Source of the DNA: a virus | Reading direction: 5' to 3' (one strand) | DNA length: 64,000 nucleotides | Virus record (IMG/VR): IMGVR_UViG_3300046532_001629 | Location: 5,779 to 69,778 of that record | Part shown: positions 1-10,222 of the stretch, one piece after another | How positions within the stretch are numbered: position 1 is the first letter of the stretch | Layout of the letters: the number at the start of each line of letters is the position of its first letter | Made by a program: the position numbers and the translations under genes | Notes under the pieces: model-generated | What the model was told of the DNA's origin: nothing | The model's database searches: none | What the model saw: only the letters and a program-made list of their open reading frames with translations

Positions 1-426
1 GTCGGTAAACTATTTGTATTCAAGATGCAGTGTGAACTGTTCGAATACAGTGGAGAAGATTTCGATACAGACATTGGTTCTATCGATGTTATTGAGAACG
101 AACAAGCATACTCAATCGAGATGACCATGAACAGTGGTTCGGGTGCATATGTTATTAACGAACCATTAACACTATCAGGTGTTACGGTTGGTGAGGTGTC
201 TGCATGGGCCTTCTCTACAGAAACCCTAAATATAGTACATAACACTAAGACACTTGCAGTTGGAGATTCTTTGGTCGGAACGATATCAGGATGTACTAGA
301 ACGATTGCATCTATTGTAGATGTGATGACATTTGCTAATGATGGTGGCGCACAGAATAAAGACTTTGAAGATAAGGATGGGTCATACTTAGACTTTAGTG
401 AAACTAATCCATTCGGAGAACCATAA
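1..426 (+). CDS. gp14: Neck protein gp14, C-terminal part (gene begins before the window)
   Basis: Frame is open from position 1 (VGKLFVFKMQCELFEYSGE); ends with the typical LDFSETNPFG; lies directly before gp15. Confidence 0.85.
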   Translation, partial: VGKLFVFKMQCELFEYSGEDFDTDIGSIDVIENEQAYSIEMTMNSGSGAYVINEPLTLSGVTVGEVSAWAFSTETLNIVHNTKTLAVGDSLVGTISGCTRTIASIVDVMTFANDGGAQNKDFEDKDGSYLDFSETNPFGEP

Positions 427-428
427 GA

Positions 429-1481
429 ATGTTCGGTACTCATTTTTACCATGAAACGATTAAGAGAAGTGTATCTATATTTGGTACACTCTTTAATAAT
501 ATCTATATCGAGAAGAAAAAATCAGACGGAACAGTCCTTTCAAAGAGTCTAGTTCCAATTTCCTATGGCCCTAAACAGAAATGGTTAGCAAGGTTAGATG
601 ACGAGAAGAACCTAAACGATGGTAACAGAAGTGCAATCAGTCTACCGAGACTTGCCTTTGAGATCAGTGGGTTTGAATATGATGCAACAAGACAACAAAA
701 CAAATTAATAAAAACCCAAAAAAATCAGTTAGAAGCTGCAGACACAGGTAAGAGGGGATTCCAATATGCACCAGCACCCTACAACATATCCTTTTCACTA
801 GGCATTCTTGCAAAGAATGCTAATGATGCATTACAGATTCTAGAACAGATCATTCCTTACTTCCAACCCGAATACTCAGTTACAATGAAGATGGTTGATT
901 CGATGAGTGAGACCCGAGATGTGCCGATAATATTGAATAGTGTAACAATGGACGATACCTATGAAGGAGATTTCTCTGAAAGAAGAGTAATCCAGTACAA
1001 TTTAGAATTTCAAATGCAAATATACTTCTTCGGGCCAGTGTTTACTGGTGAGATAATCAAATCGGTTATTGAAAGAGACTATATTAACACAGGACTTGGT
1101 GGGTTCACAACGACACAGTTAGAAGCATCGGGACTTGTTAAAGAAGTTAAACATTACGAACCTGCGTTTGAAGAACGAACTAATAGTGTAGTGTCTGCAT
1201 CAACCACAATTGCCTTTACTACTGCAATAAATAGTAAGATAAGTGCTTTAGATGAAGTATTTGGGACTGGGAATGCAACCGAACCGACTGTTGTGAGTAT
1301 TGCTAGTGATAAACTATCGATAGTAGTCTCAAGTGCAGTAACACTAGGTGCAAAATCTAGACTGAAGTTCGTGGGTTCTGTTGACCCAATCGATACATTC
1401 GTGGTTGCAGAGACAGTGAGTTTTTATGATGACGGTGCTAAGTCTACATTCACAGAAGACAAGGTAACAGATGCGAGTTAA
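429..1481 (+). CDS. gp15: Tail sheath stabilizer / tail terminator gp15, with C-terminal extension
   Basis: MFGTHFYHETIKR, VPISYGPKQKWLARL, LPRLAFE and ALQILEQIIPYFQP motifs; synteny. Confidence 0.92.
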   Translation: MFGTHFYHETIKRSVSIFGTLFNNIYIEKKKSDGTVLSKSLVPISYGPKQKWLARLDDEKNLNDGNRSAISLPRLAFEISGFEYDATRQQNKLIKTQKNQLEAADTGKRGFQYAPAPYNISFSLGILAKNANDALQILEQIIPYFQPEYSVTMKMVDSMSETRDVPIILNSVTMDDTYEGDFSERRVIQYNLEFQMQIYFFGPVFTGEIIKSVIERDYINTGLGGFTTTQLEASGLVKEVKHYEPAFEERTNSVVSASTTIAFTTAINSKISALDEVFGTGNATEPTVVSIASDKLSIVVSSAVTLGAKSRLKFVGSVDPIDTFVVAETVSFYDDGAKSTFTEDKVTDAS

Positions 1482-1486
1482 TAATT

Positions 1487-1888
1487 ATGGCAGACAAAAT
1501 AGATAATCAGCTAAACGATATTTTAGATATCACAGGTGAGATTCAAAAAGAGACCAAAGTGGTCAAAATCCCAACAGCTTCTGAGTCTATGGAGAACGAC
1601 TATAAGTATGGTCGTGAGACCCTCTACAGTCTCGTAGAACGGGGCCAGGACGCCATTGATGGAATCCTTGACCTATGTAAGGAAACCGAACATCCTCGTG
1701 CTTACGAGGTTGCAGGACAACTTATAAAGACCGTTGGGGATACTGCAGAGAAACTACTAGACTTGCAGAAGAAAATGAAAGATTTAAGTGATGAAAATGT
1801 TAATGTGAAGACTCAACACAACCATTTATATGTTGGTTCCACTTCTGAGTTGCAGAAGTTCCTCAAAAATGAAAAGAAAAAGAACTAG
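1487..1888 (+). CDS. gp16: Terminase small subunit
   Basis: DYKYGRETLY, HPRAYEVAGQLIK and VGSTSELQKFL motifs; precedes gp17. Confidence 0.93.
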   Translation: MADKIDNQLNDILDITGEIQKETKVVKIPTASESMENDYKYGRETLYSLVERGQDAIDGILDLCKETEHPRAYEVAGQLIKTVGDTAEKLLDLQKKMKDLSDENVNVKTQHNHLYVGSTSELQKFLKNEKKKN

Positions 1889-3487
1889 ATGGTAGCTCCT
1901 ACAAACCAAGGATATCTTGGAAATACTCAGATCAAAAGATCGGGTATTGAACAACAGTATACCGAAGAAGAATTTAAAGAATATCTGAAGTGTTCATCCA
2001 ACCCTACACACTTCATTGAGAACTATTGTCAAATTATATCACTAGACGAAGGCCTTGTCAAGTTTGAACTTCGTGGATATCAGGCCAATCTAATTGAACA
2101 CTACGATTCAAATCGATTCAATATAGTTCTTGCTTCACGTCAAAGTGGAAAATCAATTACCAGTTGTGCATACCTTTTATGGTATCTCCTCTTTCACCCC
2201 GAAGTCACTGTCGCAGTACTTGCAAACAAAGGTGCAATTGCACGTGAGATGATATCTCGTATCGTCACTATGTTAGAATCAGTTCCGTTCTTTTTACAGC
2301 CTGGAGTTAAGATTCTTAACAAAGGTTCAATAGAGTTTGCAAACGACTCGAAGGTCGTAGCAGCTGCAACGTCTTCAAGTTCGATTCGTGGACTTTCAAT
2401 CAACCTACTATACCTTGATGAGTTTGCGTTCGTAGAGAATGCAGAGGAATTCTATACATCAACATATCCTGTTGTTACTTCAGGTAAGAACTCGAAGGTT
2501 ATTATCACATCTACTGCAAATGGTGTTGGTAATATGTTCTACAAGTTATATGAGAGTGCAGTACAGAGAGAAAGTGAGTATAAACATTTCCTTATTAATT
2601 GGTTTGATGTGCCAGGCAGAGATGAGGCATGGAAGAAGTCTACCATTGCAAACACATCCGAGACTCAGTTCGAACAAGAGTATGGTAATAGTTTCCTAGG
2701 AACAGGTAATACACTCATCAATTCAAATTGTTTGTTAGGAATGAGGTCAATTGACCCTGACTGGAATAAGGATAACATAAATATATACACTAGACCCATA
2801 GAAGGTCATTCATATGTATGTACAGTGGATGTATCTAAGGGTAGGGGAATCGACTATTCCACGTTTAGTATATTTGATGTGTCGGTACAACCCTTTAAAC
2901 AAGTTGCTACATTCAGAGACAATATGTTGTCTCCGATGTTATTACCCGACATGATTTCAAAATATGTTAGACCCTATAACGAAGCATTAGTAATCGTAGA
3001 GAACAATGCAGAAGGGGGGATGGTTGCTACTCAATTACACTATGATATCGAATATCCCAATGTATTTGTACAGGGGATGACCAAACAGGAAGATATCGGA
3101 GTGACGATGAACCGTAAGATTAAAAGAATCGGTTGTTCAACACTCAAAGAGTTGTGTGAGGAAAATCGTTTAGAGTTGGTCGATAGGGCCACAATAACTG
3201 AACTTTTAACCTTTATAAATAAAGGGACATCATACGAAGCAGCAAAGGGCTATCATGATGACATGGTTATGAACTGCGTATTATTTGCATGGTTTGTAAC
3301 AACAGAATTCTTTTATCATTTAACGGACTCTGCGGTAAAGGACTTATTGTATTCAGAACAACAAAAGATGATTGAAGATGATATGTTACCTGCTGGAGTC
3401 TTTGGTGCAACCCAAGGGCCAGAAGAAGTAAGTTTTGTGGATACAGAAGGGGATAGATGGTTCCCCGCACAAGCTGAAAGAGAATAA
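1889..3487 (+). CDS. gp17: Terminase large subunit
   Basis: Walker A SRQSGKS, Walker B LLYLDEFAF, nuclease-domain VDVSKGRG and HDDMVM. Confidence 0.97.
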   Translation: MVAPTNQGYLGNTQIKRSGIEQQYTEEEFKEYLKCSSNPTHFIENYCQIISLDEGLVKFELRGYQANLIEHYDSNRFNIVLASRQSGKSITSCAYLLWYLLFHPEVTVAVLANKGAIAREMISRIVTMLESVPFFLQPGVKILNKGSIEFANDSKVVAAATSSSSIRGLSINLLYLDEFAFVENAEEFYTSTYPVVTSGKNSKVIITSTANGVGNMFYKLYESAVQRESEYKHFLINWFDVPGRDEAWKKSTIANTSETQFEQEYGNSFLGTGNTLINSNCLLGMRSIDPDWNKDNINIYTRPIEGHSYVCTVDVSKGRGIDYSTFSIFDVSVQPFKQVATFRDNMLSPMLLPDMISKYVRPYNEALVIVENNAEGGMVATQLHYDIEYPNVFVQGMTKQEDIGVTMNRKIKRIGCSTLKELCEENRLELVDRATITELLTFINKGTSYEAAKGYHDDMVMNCVLFAWFVTTEFFYHLTDSAVKDLLYSEQQKMIEDDMLPAGVFGATQGPEEVSFVDTEGDRWFPAQAERE

Positions 3488-3513
3488 CAGTGTGTTGGTG
3501 AGTTTTTATTTGT

Positions 3514-3521
3514 TATAAATA
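3514..3521 (+). promoter_or_regulatory. T4-type late promoter for gp18
   Basis: TATAAATA upstream of gp18; SD ACAGGAG near 3584-3590. Confidence 0.8.
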
Positions 3522-3597
3522 AAACAGTAAACAACACTTTTTAAAAAAATGTTGATTTAAAATAAACAACACTTTTTACATTAACAGGAGTAAAAGT

Positions 3598-5589
3598 ATG
3601 GCATTTCAAGTATCACCAGGCGTTCAAATCTCAGAGATAGATTTGACAAATGTTGTACCAGCAGTATCAAGCACAATAGGTGCTTTTGTTGGTTCATTCA
3701 GATGGGGCCCAGTTGGTGAAGTAATCACAGTTTCCGATGCAAAGGGTTTGGTAGATAATTTTTCGTCTCCTGCTAATTCAACATCAGCAGCTGAAGACTT
3801 CTATACTGCAGAATCTTTCTTAAAATATGGTTCTACACTAAGAATCGTAAGATCGGGGTCAACTGCCTCATTAATGCGTAGTGCAAACCACTCAGGTGAC
3901 GCTACTTCATTATTGAAAAATAACGAAGACTACGTAAATTCTTACAAATCGGGTGCTTTAAACGGCACAGTCGGTCAATGGGTATCAAGATATCCTGGCG
4001 TTTTGGGAAATTCAATTAAAGTTTCTCATTGTGCTAGTGCATCTGCTTACTCTTCAACTAGTGCATCAACTACTAGTGGAATCGAGGCAATTGGACAAAC
4101 AATTATTGCTGTTGTTTCAGGTGCAGCTTTCCAAGTCGGAGATGTTATAACCTTCGCTGGACAGACACAAGAATACAAAGTAACAGGTATTGCTAGCAAC
4201 GATCTAACCGTTAAGTCATTAGGTCAACCAGCAAATACTGGTATAGTCACTGAAGTTGCAAGTGGAACTGCGATCAATAGAAAATGGGAACACCATTCAC
4301 TATTCAACAAAGCTCCAGGCATTTCAAGTGGTGCAGCCCTCGCTGGTGCAACTGCTGATGAAATTCATATCGTAGTTATAGACGAAGATGGTGCTTTCAC
4401 AGGAGCCGCTGGAACAGTACTAGAATCATTTGGATTCTCTTCAATGGCTTCGGATGCAAAAACACCTGAAGGTAGTTCACTCTACTATAAAGATGTAATT
4501 GCTACACAGTCAAAATACGTATACTGGTCAGGACACAACACTGCAACAGATTTAACCGCTGCAGAAGATAGAACACTTGCAACTTCCGTTGCAGACCCCT
4601 TTACAGGGCCGACAGCACCATGGGCAATATCATTAACTGGTGGTGTAGATGGAAGTATCAGTACTGCTGGTCAAAAACACGGTGACTGGACAACTCATTT
4701 CGGGGATGCAGAAACAATCGACATCTCATTCTTAATCGTAGGTTCCACAAGAACTTGGAGTGGGTCTGCAGAACAAGATACACGTGCAGATTGGACAACA
4801 CTTGCTAATCAAGCAATTCTTCTTGCAGAAGCAAGAAAAGATTGCATGGTTATCTTATCACCTAGATATTCAGATGTCGTTGGTGTTTCAAGTGAGTCAA
4901 CTCAATCATCCAATGTTAAATTAACTGCCGATACAGCAACTTCAAGTTCTTATGCAGTAATTGACAGTGGTTGGGTATACCAGTACGATAGATTCCACGA
5001 TACATACAGATGGGTTCCTGCAAACGGACACACTGCTGGTATTATGGCAAGATCAGACCTTACTAGAGATTCATGGGTTTCACCTGCTGGATTCTCAAGA
5101 GGACAATACTTAGGTATCACTAAACTTGCTTTCAATCCGAAACAAGCATCTAGAGATGACCTATACAGAGCCAGAGTTAACCCAGTGGTTACCTTCCCAG
5201 GCCAAGGTACATTGTTGTACGGTGACAAAACTGCATTAAGTTCTCCATCAGCATTTGATAGGATTAATGTCAGAAGATTATTCATAGTATTAGAGAAAGC
5301 AATAGCAGTTGCTGCTAAAGCACAATTGTTCGAATTTAACGATGCTTTCACAAGAGCTCAGTTTAGAAGTGCAATTGAACCTTTCCTAAGAGATGTTAAA
5401 AACAGAAGAGGTTTAGTAGATTATTCAGTAATATGTGACGACACTAACAACACAGACTCCGTTATCGATAGAAACGAGTTCGTATGTTCAATTTTTGTCA
5501 AACCTGCTCGATCTATTAACTTCATTACATTGAACTTTGTCGCTGCCAGAAGTGGTGTCGAGTTTTCTGAAATTTATAGTGCAGTTTAA
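3598..5589 (+). CDS. gp18: Tail sheath protein
   Basis: MAFQVSPGVQISEIDLT, FRWGP, SPAGFSRG and FDRINVRRLF motifs. Confidence 0.97.
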   Translation: MAFQVSPGVQISEIDLTNVVPAVSSTIGAFVGSFRWGPVGEVITVSDAKGLVDNFSSPANSTSAAEDFYTAESFLKYGSTLRIVRSGSTASLMRSANHSGDATSLLKNNEDYVNSYKSGALNGTVGQWVSRYPGVLGNSIKVSHCASASAYSSTSASTTSGIEAIGQTIIAVVSGAAFQVGDVITFAGQTQEYKVTGIASNDLTVKSLGQPANTGIVTEVASGTAINRKWEHHSLFNKAPGISSGAALAGATADEIHIVVIDEDGAFTGAAGTVLESFGFSSMASDAKTPEGSSLYYKDVIATQSKYVYWSGHNTATDLTAAEDRTLATSVADPFTGPTAPWAISLTGGVDGSISTAGQKHGDWTTHFGDAETIDISFLIVGSTRTWSGSAEQDTRADWTTLANQAILLAEARKDCMVILSPRYSDVVGVSSESTQSSNVKLTADTATSSSYAVIDSGWVYQYDRFHDTYRWVPANGHTAGIMARSDLTRDSWVSPAGFSRGQYLGITKLAFNPKQASRDDLYRARVNPVVTFPGQGTLLYGDKTALSSPSAFDRINVRRLFIVLEKAIAVAAKAQLFEFNDAFTRAQFRSAIEPFLRDVKNRRGLVDYSVICDDTNNTDSVIDRNEFVCSIFVKPARSINFITLNFVAARSGVEFSEIYSAV

Positions 5590-5601
5590 GGAGTATAAAA
5601 C

Positions 5602-6099
5602 ATGGCAACAATAGACCAATTTAAAGCACAACTAGTAGGTGGTGGCCCACGTGCAAACAGATTCAGAGTTTTCCTACCTCGTGCAGGAAACAAGATTGAA
5701 TTTTTAGCAAGTGGTGCTCAAATACCAGCTGCAACAATAGAAATAACTCCAGTTAAGTTTAGAGGTCAAACTCTTAAACTTGCTGGGGATAGAACCTTTG
5801 CTGACTGGACAGTGAAGATCATCAATGACGTAGAATTTTCTGCAAGAACTGCTCTAGAAGCATGGCAGGAAGAGATACAAGGATTTGGTACTTCAGACGG
5901 TTCAACAACAACCGATTACCTCTTAAGTCGTGCCTATATTGAACAATTAGGTAAAGATGATTCTGTTCTAGCGAGATATGAGTTTTTTAATATGTTCCCA
6001 TCCGAAATTGGTGCTATCGAACTGTCTTACGACAGTGGTGATGCATTAGAAGATTTTGATGTGACATTTGCTTTTTCTCACTGGGAAAGAACAGTCTAA
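5602..6099 (+). CDS. gp19: Tail tube protein
   Basis: GGGPRANRF and AGDRTFADWTVKIIND motifs; follows gp18. Confidence 0.95.
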   Translation: MATIDQFKAQLVGGGPRANRFRVFLPRAGNKIEFLASGAQIPAATIEITPVKFRGQTLKLAGDRTFADWTVKIINDVEFSARTALEAWQEEIQGFGTSDGSTTTDYLLSRAYIEQLGKDDSVLARYEFFNMFPSEIGAIELSYDSGDALEDFDVTFAFSHWERTV

Positions 6100-6147
6100 G
6101 TAGAATAACAGTGAAATTAGCACTTTATAGGTGTTATAAATAATAGT

Positions 6148-7686
6148 ATGGAAATATTCGGATTTGAAATCGCTCGTAAAAAAGACGAGCTACGTGCAAC
6201 GACTATCAACAAAGGACAGTCGTTTGTTCCACCAGTTGATGATGACGGTACACCAGTCATCTCACAACAAGCAGGTGGGTTTATATCGGGTGGAGCCTAT
6301 GGCTCCTATGTCGATATGGAAGGTGGTATCAAGAGTGAGATTGAACTCATTCGAAAATACCGAGAGACATCGCTAGTCCCTGAATGTGACTCGGCGATCG
6401 AAGACATTATCAATGAGTGTATCACATCGGATAGTTCTGATAGGATAGTCACACTCGACCTCAGAGATGTTAAACTCTCTGATAGTATCAGAAAGAAGAT
6501 ACAAGACGAGTTTACTAACATTCTATCACTAATGAAGTTCAATCAGAACTCTCATGAATTATTCAGAAAATGGTACGTTGATGGAAGAATTTACTTCCAT
6601 AAGGTCGTTGACAGTAAACGCCCTAAACTTGGTATTGTTGATATTAGGAACGTTGACCCCTTGAAGATTAAGAAGGTCAGAAATGTTGAAGAAGAGAAAG
6701 GTAAGGACGGCGTAACAAGAATTAAAAAAATTGAAGAATTTTATGTCTTCAATGATAAAGGTTTTGATAAGACTAGTGCCGTAGAAGGTGCAACTCTTAG
6801 AATTGCCCCTGAGGCAGTATGTTATACTACTTCGGGATTGTTGGATTATAACAAAAATGCAGTAATTGGATATATGCACAAGGCATTGAAGACTGCAAAT
6901 CAGTTATCGATGATGGAAGATGCACTAGTGATCTATAGATTGTCTAGAGCTCCCGAAAGAAGAATTTTTTATATTGATGTTGGTAATTTACCTAAGGCAA
7001 AGGCCGAACAGTATCTTTCAGAGACAATGAATAAGTACAGAAATAAACTTATTTACAATGCAGATACAGGTGAGATCAAAGACGACAGAAAACATATGAG
7101 TATGTTGGAAGATTTTTGGTTACCAAGAAGAGAAGGTGGTAGAGGAACGGAGATATCTACATTGCCAGGCGGACAAAACCTTGCAGAGATTGATGATGTA
7201 GAGTACTTCAAGAAGAAGTTATACCAGTCTCTTAATGTACCATCGTCTAGGATGGAATCAGATAATGGTTTCAACATGGGCAGGTCTTCAGAGATTAATA
7301 GGGACGAGTTGAAGTTCAACAAGTTCACAAACAGACTTCAGAAGAAGTTTGCTAGAGTATTTACAGATATCTTGAGAACTCAGATTATCTTAAAAGAAAT
7401 TGCAAATGCTGAAGAGTTTGACAAGATTAAAGATTTTATCCAGTATGATTTTACTGCAGATAACCACTTCACTGAGTTGAAGGAACAGGAAATTTTTAAG
7501 GAAAGATTAGATGCACTTCAAAATGTATCAGAATATGTTGGTAAATATTTCTCACAAGAATATGTTAGAAAATATATACTACGACAAACAGAAGAAGAGA
7601 TTGAGACCATTGATAAACAAATTTCTACCGAGAAAGAGGCAGGAGTTGGTGGAGACGAAGATGATGGTGGATTCTCACAGTATTAG
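6148..7686 (+). CDS. gp20: Portal vertex protein
   Basis: YRLSRAPERRIFYIDVGNLPK and EDFWLPRREGGRGTEISTLPGG; late promoter TATAAATA at 6135-6142. Confidence 0.97.
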   Translation: MEIFGFEIARKKDELRATTINKGQSFVPPVDDDGTPVISQQAGGFISGGAYGSYVDMEGGIKSEIELIRKYRETSLVPECDSAIEDIINECITSDSSDRIVTLDLRDVKLSDSIRKKIQDEFTNILSLMKFNQNSHELFRKWYVDGRIYFHKVVDSKRPKLGIVDIRNVDPLKIKKVRNVEEEKGKDGVTRIKKIEEFYVFNDKGFDKTSAVEGATLRIAPEAVCYTTSGLLDYNKNAVIGYMHKALKTANQLSMMEDALVIYRLSRAPERRIFYIDVGNLPKAKAEQYLSETMNKYRNKLIYNADTGEIKDDRKHMSMLEDFWLPRREGGRGTEISTLPGGQNLAEIDDVEYFKKKLYQSLNVPSSRMESDNGFNMGRSSEINRDELKFNKFTNRLQKKFARVFTDILRTQIILKEIANAEEFDKIKDFIQYDFTADNHFTELKEQEIFKERLDALQNVSEYVGKYFSQEYVRKYILRQTEEEIETIDKQISTEKEAGVGGDEDDGGFSQY

Positions 7687-7692
7687 GAGTAA

Positions 7693-7872
7693 ATGATGAG
7701 TAGTGAAATAGCAAAAGAAATTGTAAATAGTATCGAAGCAGGAAATCTTAGTGATGCAAAAGATCAAATTGATCAAGGCATTAAAGAGAAAGCAGCCGAG
7801 ACAGTAGACATGAAACGTGTCGGTTTACAGGTTGACTGGATGTCAACTACAACAGAACCACAAGGAATGTAA
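7693..7872 (+). CDS. Small acidic prohead core protein (gp67-like), 59 aa, absent from ORF track
   Basis: MMSSEIAKEIVNSIEAGNLSDAKDQI...; SD AGGAG at 7685-7689; stop overlaps next ATG; position between gp20 and gp21. Confidence 0.7.
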   Translation: MMSSEIAKEIVNSIEAGNLSDAKDQIDQGIKEKAAETVDMKRVGLQVDWMSTTTEPQGM

Positions 7873-8177
7873 TGAAGAGTTTCGTGCGGATTTCTAGAGA
7901 ACTTAATGAGGCTAAGGTGAAACTACCTAGTGGTCATAAAGAACTCAAGACTGATATTGTTAAAGTTGGTGGTAAACCAACGACTATCACTTACACTACT
8001 GCAAAAGGCAGAGTGTCCGTATTCGTGAACGGTTCGGACTTTACAGGTGGTTCGCCATATAAGGATTTGGCTGCTGCAGAAAAAGAATTTAAAGACATCA
8101 AACAGGTTATGCAACAAATGGCTGAAGAAGGTGTCACAATAGAGGAAATCATTAATGAAATTAATAGCAGAGTTTAA
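7872..8177 (+). CDS. Hypothetical prohead/internal protein at the gp68 position
   Basis: Translationally coupled ORF beginning MKSF...ELNE; position only. Confidence 0.6.
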   Translation: MKSFVRISRELNEAKVKLPSGHKELKTDIVKVGGKPTTITYTTAKGRVSVFVNGSDFTGGSPYKDLAAAEKEFKDIKQVMQQMAEEGVTIEEIINEINSRV

Positions 8178-8805
8178 CGAGAATATTGCACCGATCATTA
8201 CCGAATCAACAAACGGTAAGAAGGATTACTTCATTGAAGGTGTCTTTATGCAAGCAGACATCAAAAACCGTAACGGTAGAGTCTATCCAAAAGAAATTAT
8301 GGAGAAAGAAGTAGGTCGTTACGTCAAAGAGTTCGTTGAGAAGCAACGTGCTTTCGGTGAGTTGGGACACCCTGAAGGGCCAACCATCAATCTCGACAAA
8401 GTATCACATCTTATCCAATCATTGACTCTAGAAGGGTCAAACTATGTTGGTAAAGCAAAGATTTTAAGTACTCCAAACGGTGAGATTGTAAAAGCTCTCA
8501 TTAATGATGGTGCTAAATTGGGTGTATCATCTAGAGGTCTAGGTTCACTAGAGCAAAAAGGTAATGCACAATACGTAAAAAACGATTTCCAACTTGCAAC
8601 TGCAGGCGATATCGTGGCAGACCCATCTGCCCCTGAGGCATTTGTCGAAGGAATCATGGAAGGTGTTGAGTGGATTATGGGTAAAAATGGAGTGTTAACT
8701 GCCGTGCAGGCAGAAGACTTCCAAAAAACCCTCAAGTCTGCACGACTAAATAACTTGGAAGAAACTAAGTTAAATCTATGGAAAAGGTTCGTTGAGAACC
8801 TCTAA
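8155..8805 (+). CDS. gp21: Prohead core protease
   Basis: KNRNGRVY, GELGHP, GVSSRGLGSL and DIVADPSAP motifs. Confidence 0.96.
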   Translation: MKLIAEFNENIAPIITESTNGKKDYFIEGVFMQADIKNRNGRVYPKEIMEKEVGRYVKEFVEKQRAFGELGHPEGPTINLDKVSHLIQSLTLEGSNYVGKAKILSTPNGEIVKALINDGAKLGVSSRGLGSLEQKGNAQYVKNDFQLATAGDIVADPSAPEAFVEGIMEGVEWIMGKNGVLTAVQAEDFQKTLKSARLNNLEETKLNLWKRFVENL

Positions 8806-8855
8806 CATATAAATAAATTAAGTAGTTCATTAAGAATTAATAACAGGAGTAAAAA

Positions 8856-10190
8856 ATGGCAGATTTAGAAAACAACCTAGAAGGCATACAAGAAGCAGGT
8901 CAACCTGATTCTAAAGCCGAGAAAGGGGATTCAAAAACAGTCAAACAAGGTTCATCAGATGCTGCGACTATTGGTCAAGGTAAAGTTGATGTCGTCAAAC
9001 CCGAAGAAAATCCTGTTGACAAAGCTGTTGCAGCGCAAAAGAAGGCAGAAGCTGGAGTGAAAGTCGTATCGAACGACCCACAACAGAAGAATGCTGGTAA
9101 AGCTGACAAAGCAGATTCAATCAAAGAAGATGAGAAAGAGTCTAGTAAAGACGTTCAGAAATCTACTAAGATGGAATCGATCAAAGCTATCGTCAACAAC
9201 ATGAAGGAAATGACTAAGGAAGAAATCTCGTCTGTACTGGGAACAGTATCAGAAGAGGAAGTTGACGAAAGTTTGACAAAGGCTGAAACAGCAAGAAAAG
9301 TAGTAGAGTCTTTGAAGTCTATGGACGAAGAAGCAGTTGCTAAAGTTCTTGAAGGTTTTAATAAGAAAGAAGAAGAAGCAGACGAAGACGAAGAAGAAGT
9401 AAAAGAAGAAGTGGAAACTTCTCTTGAACTTGAATCATCTTTGGTAGAAATTGAAATAGATGACGACCTATCTGCAATTTCAGAAGCATTAGAACTTTCT
9501 GAAGAAAATGCTGAGAAAGCAAAAACAATATTCAAAGCTGCAGTTTCTAGTAAGGTGCAGGAAGTATCTGAGACTCTTAGAGCTCAATACTCAGAAGAAT
9601 TAAAAACCACAGTTGAGACTGTCAAAGGCGACCTTGCGGAAGCAGTTGATAAGTACTTAACATATTGTGCAGAAGAGTGGACGAAAGAAAACGAACTCGC
9701 AATAGAACGTGGTTTGAGATCAGAAATGACAGAAAACTTCATTGAAGGACTGAAGACATTGTTCGTAGAACATTATGTTGACGTTCCTGAAGACAAGTAC
9801 AATGTTATTGATGAACTCGCAAATCGTCTCGATGAGATGGAATCTAAATTGGATGGTGAAGTTCAGAACAATATGGACATCACTGAAGAATTAGAAACAC
9901 TCAAGAGAGTGAACGTGATATCAGCTGCGTCTTCGGACTTAACTGATTCACAAAAAGAGAAATTATCTTCACTTGCAGAAGGTGTTGAGTACAAAACTGA
10001 AGAGGACTTCGCTGAGAAGATTTCTGAAGTTAAGAATGCGTACTTCCCTGCTGAAGGTGGTCAAAAGATAGTTGAAGAAACTCTAGTAGTTGAAGGGGCA
10101 AATGAATTCGAAGTTGAAAAGACCGAGAAAGTTCTTGACCCAATACTTGCTAGATATTCACAAGCAATTAGTAACCACAGACCTCTATAG
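8856..10190 (+). CDS. gp22: Prohead scaffolding protein
   Basis: Acidic coiled coil; KAKTIFKAAV, YCAEEWTKENELAIERGLRSE and LFVEHYVDVPEDK; between gp21 and gp23. Confidence 0.92.
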   Translation: MADLENNLEGIQEAGQPDSKAEKGDSKTVKQGSSDAATIGQGKVDVVKPEENPVDKAVAAQKKAEAGVKVVSNDPQQKNAGKADKADSIKEDEKESSKDVQKSTKMESIKAIVNNMKEMTKEEISSVLGTVSEEEVDESLTKAETARKVVESLKSMDEEAVAKVLEGFNKKEEEADEDEEEVKEEVETSLELESSLVEIEIDDDLSAISEALELSEENAEKAKTIFKAAVSSKVQEVSETLRAQYSEELKTTVETVKGDLAEAVDKYLTYCAEEWTKENELAIERGLRSEMTENFIEGLKTLFVEHYVDVPEDKYNVIDELANRLDEMESKLDGEVQNNMDITEELETLKRVNVISAASSDLTDSQKEKLSSLAEGVEYKTEEDFAEKISEVKNAYFPAEGGQKIVEETLVVEGANEFEVEKTEKVLDPILARYSQAISNHRPL

Positions 10191-10222
10191 GTCTTAGGTT
10201 ATTTTTTTTAAAGGAAAATAAA

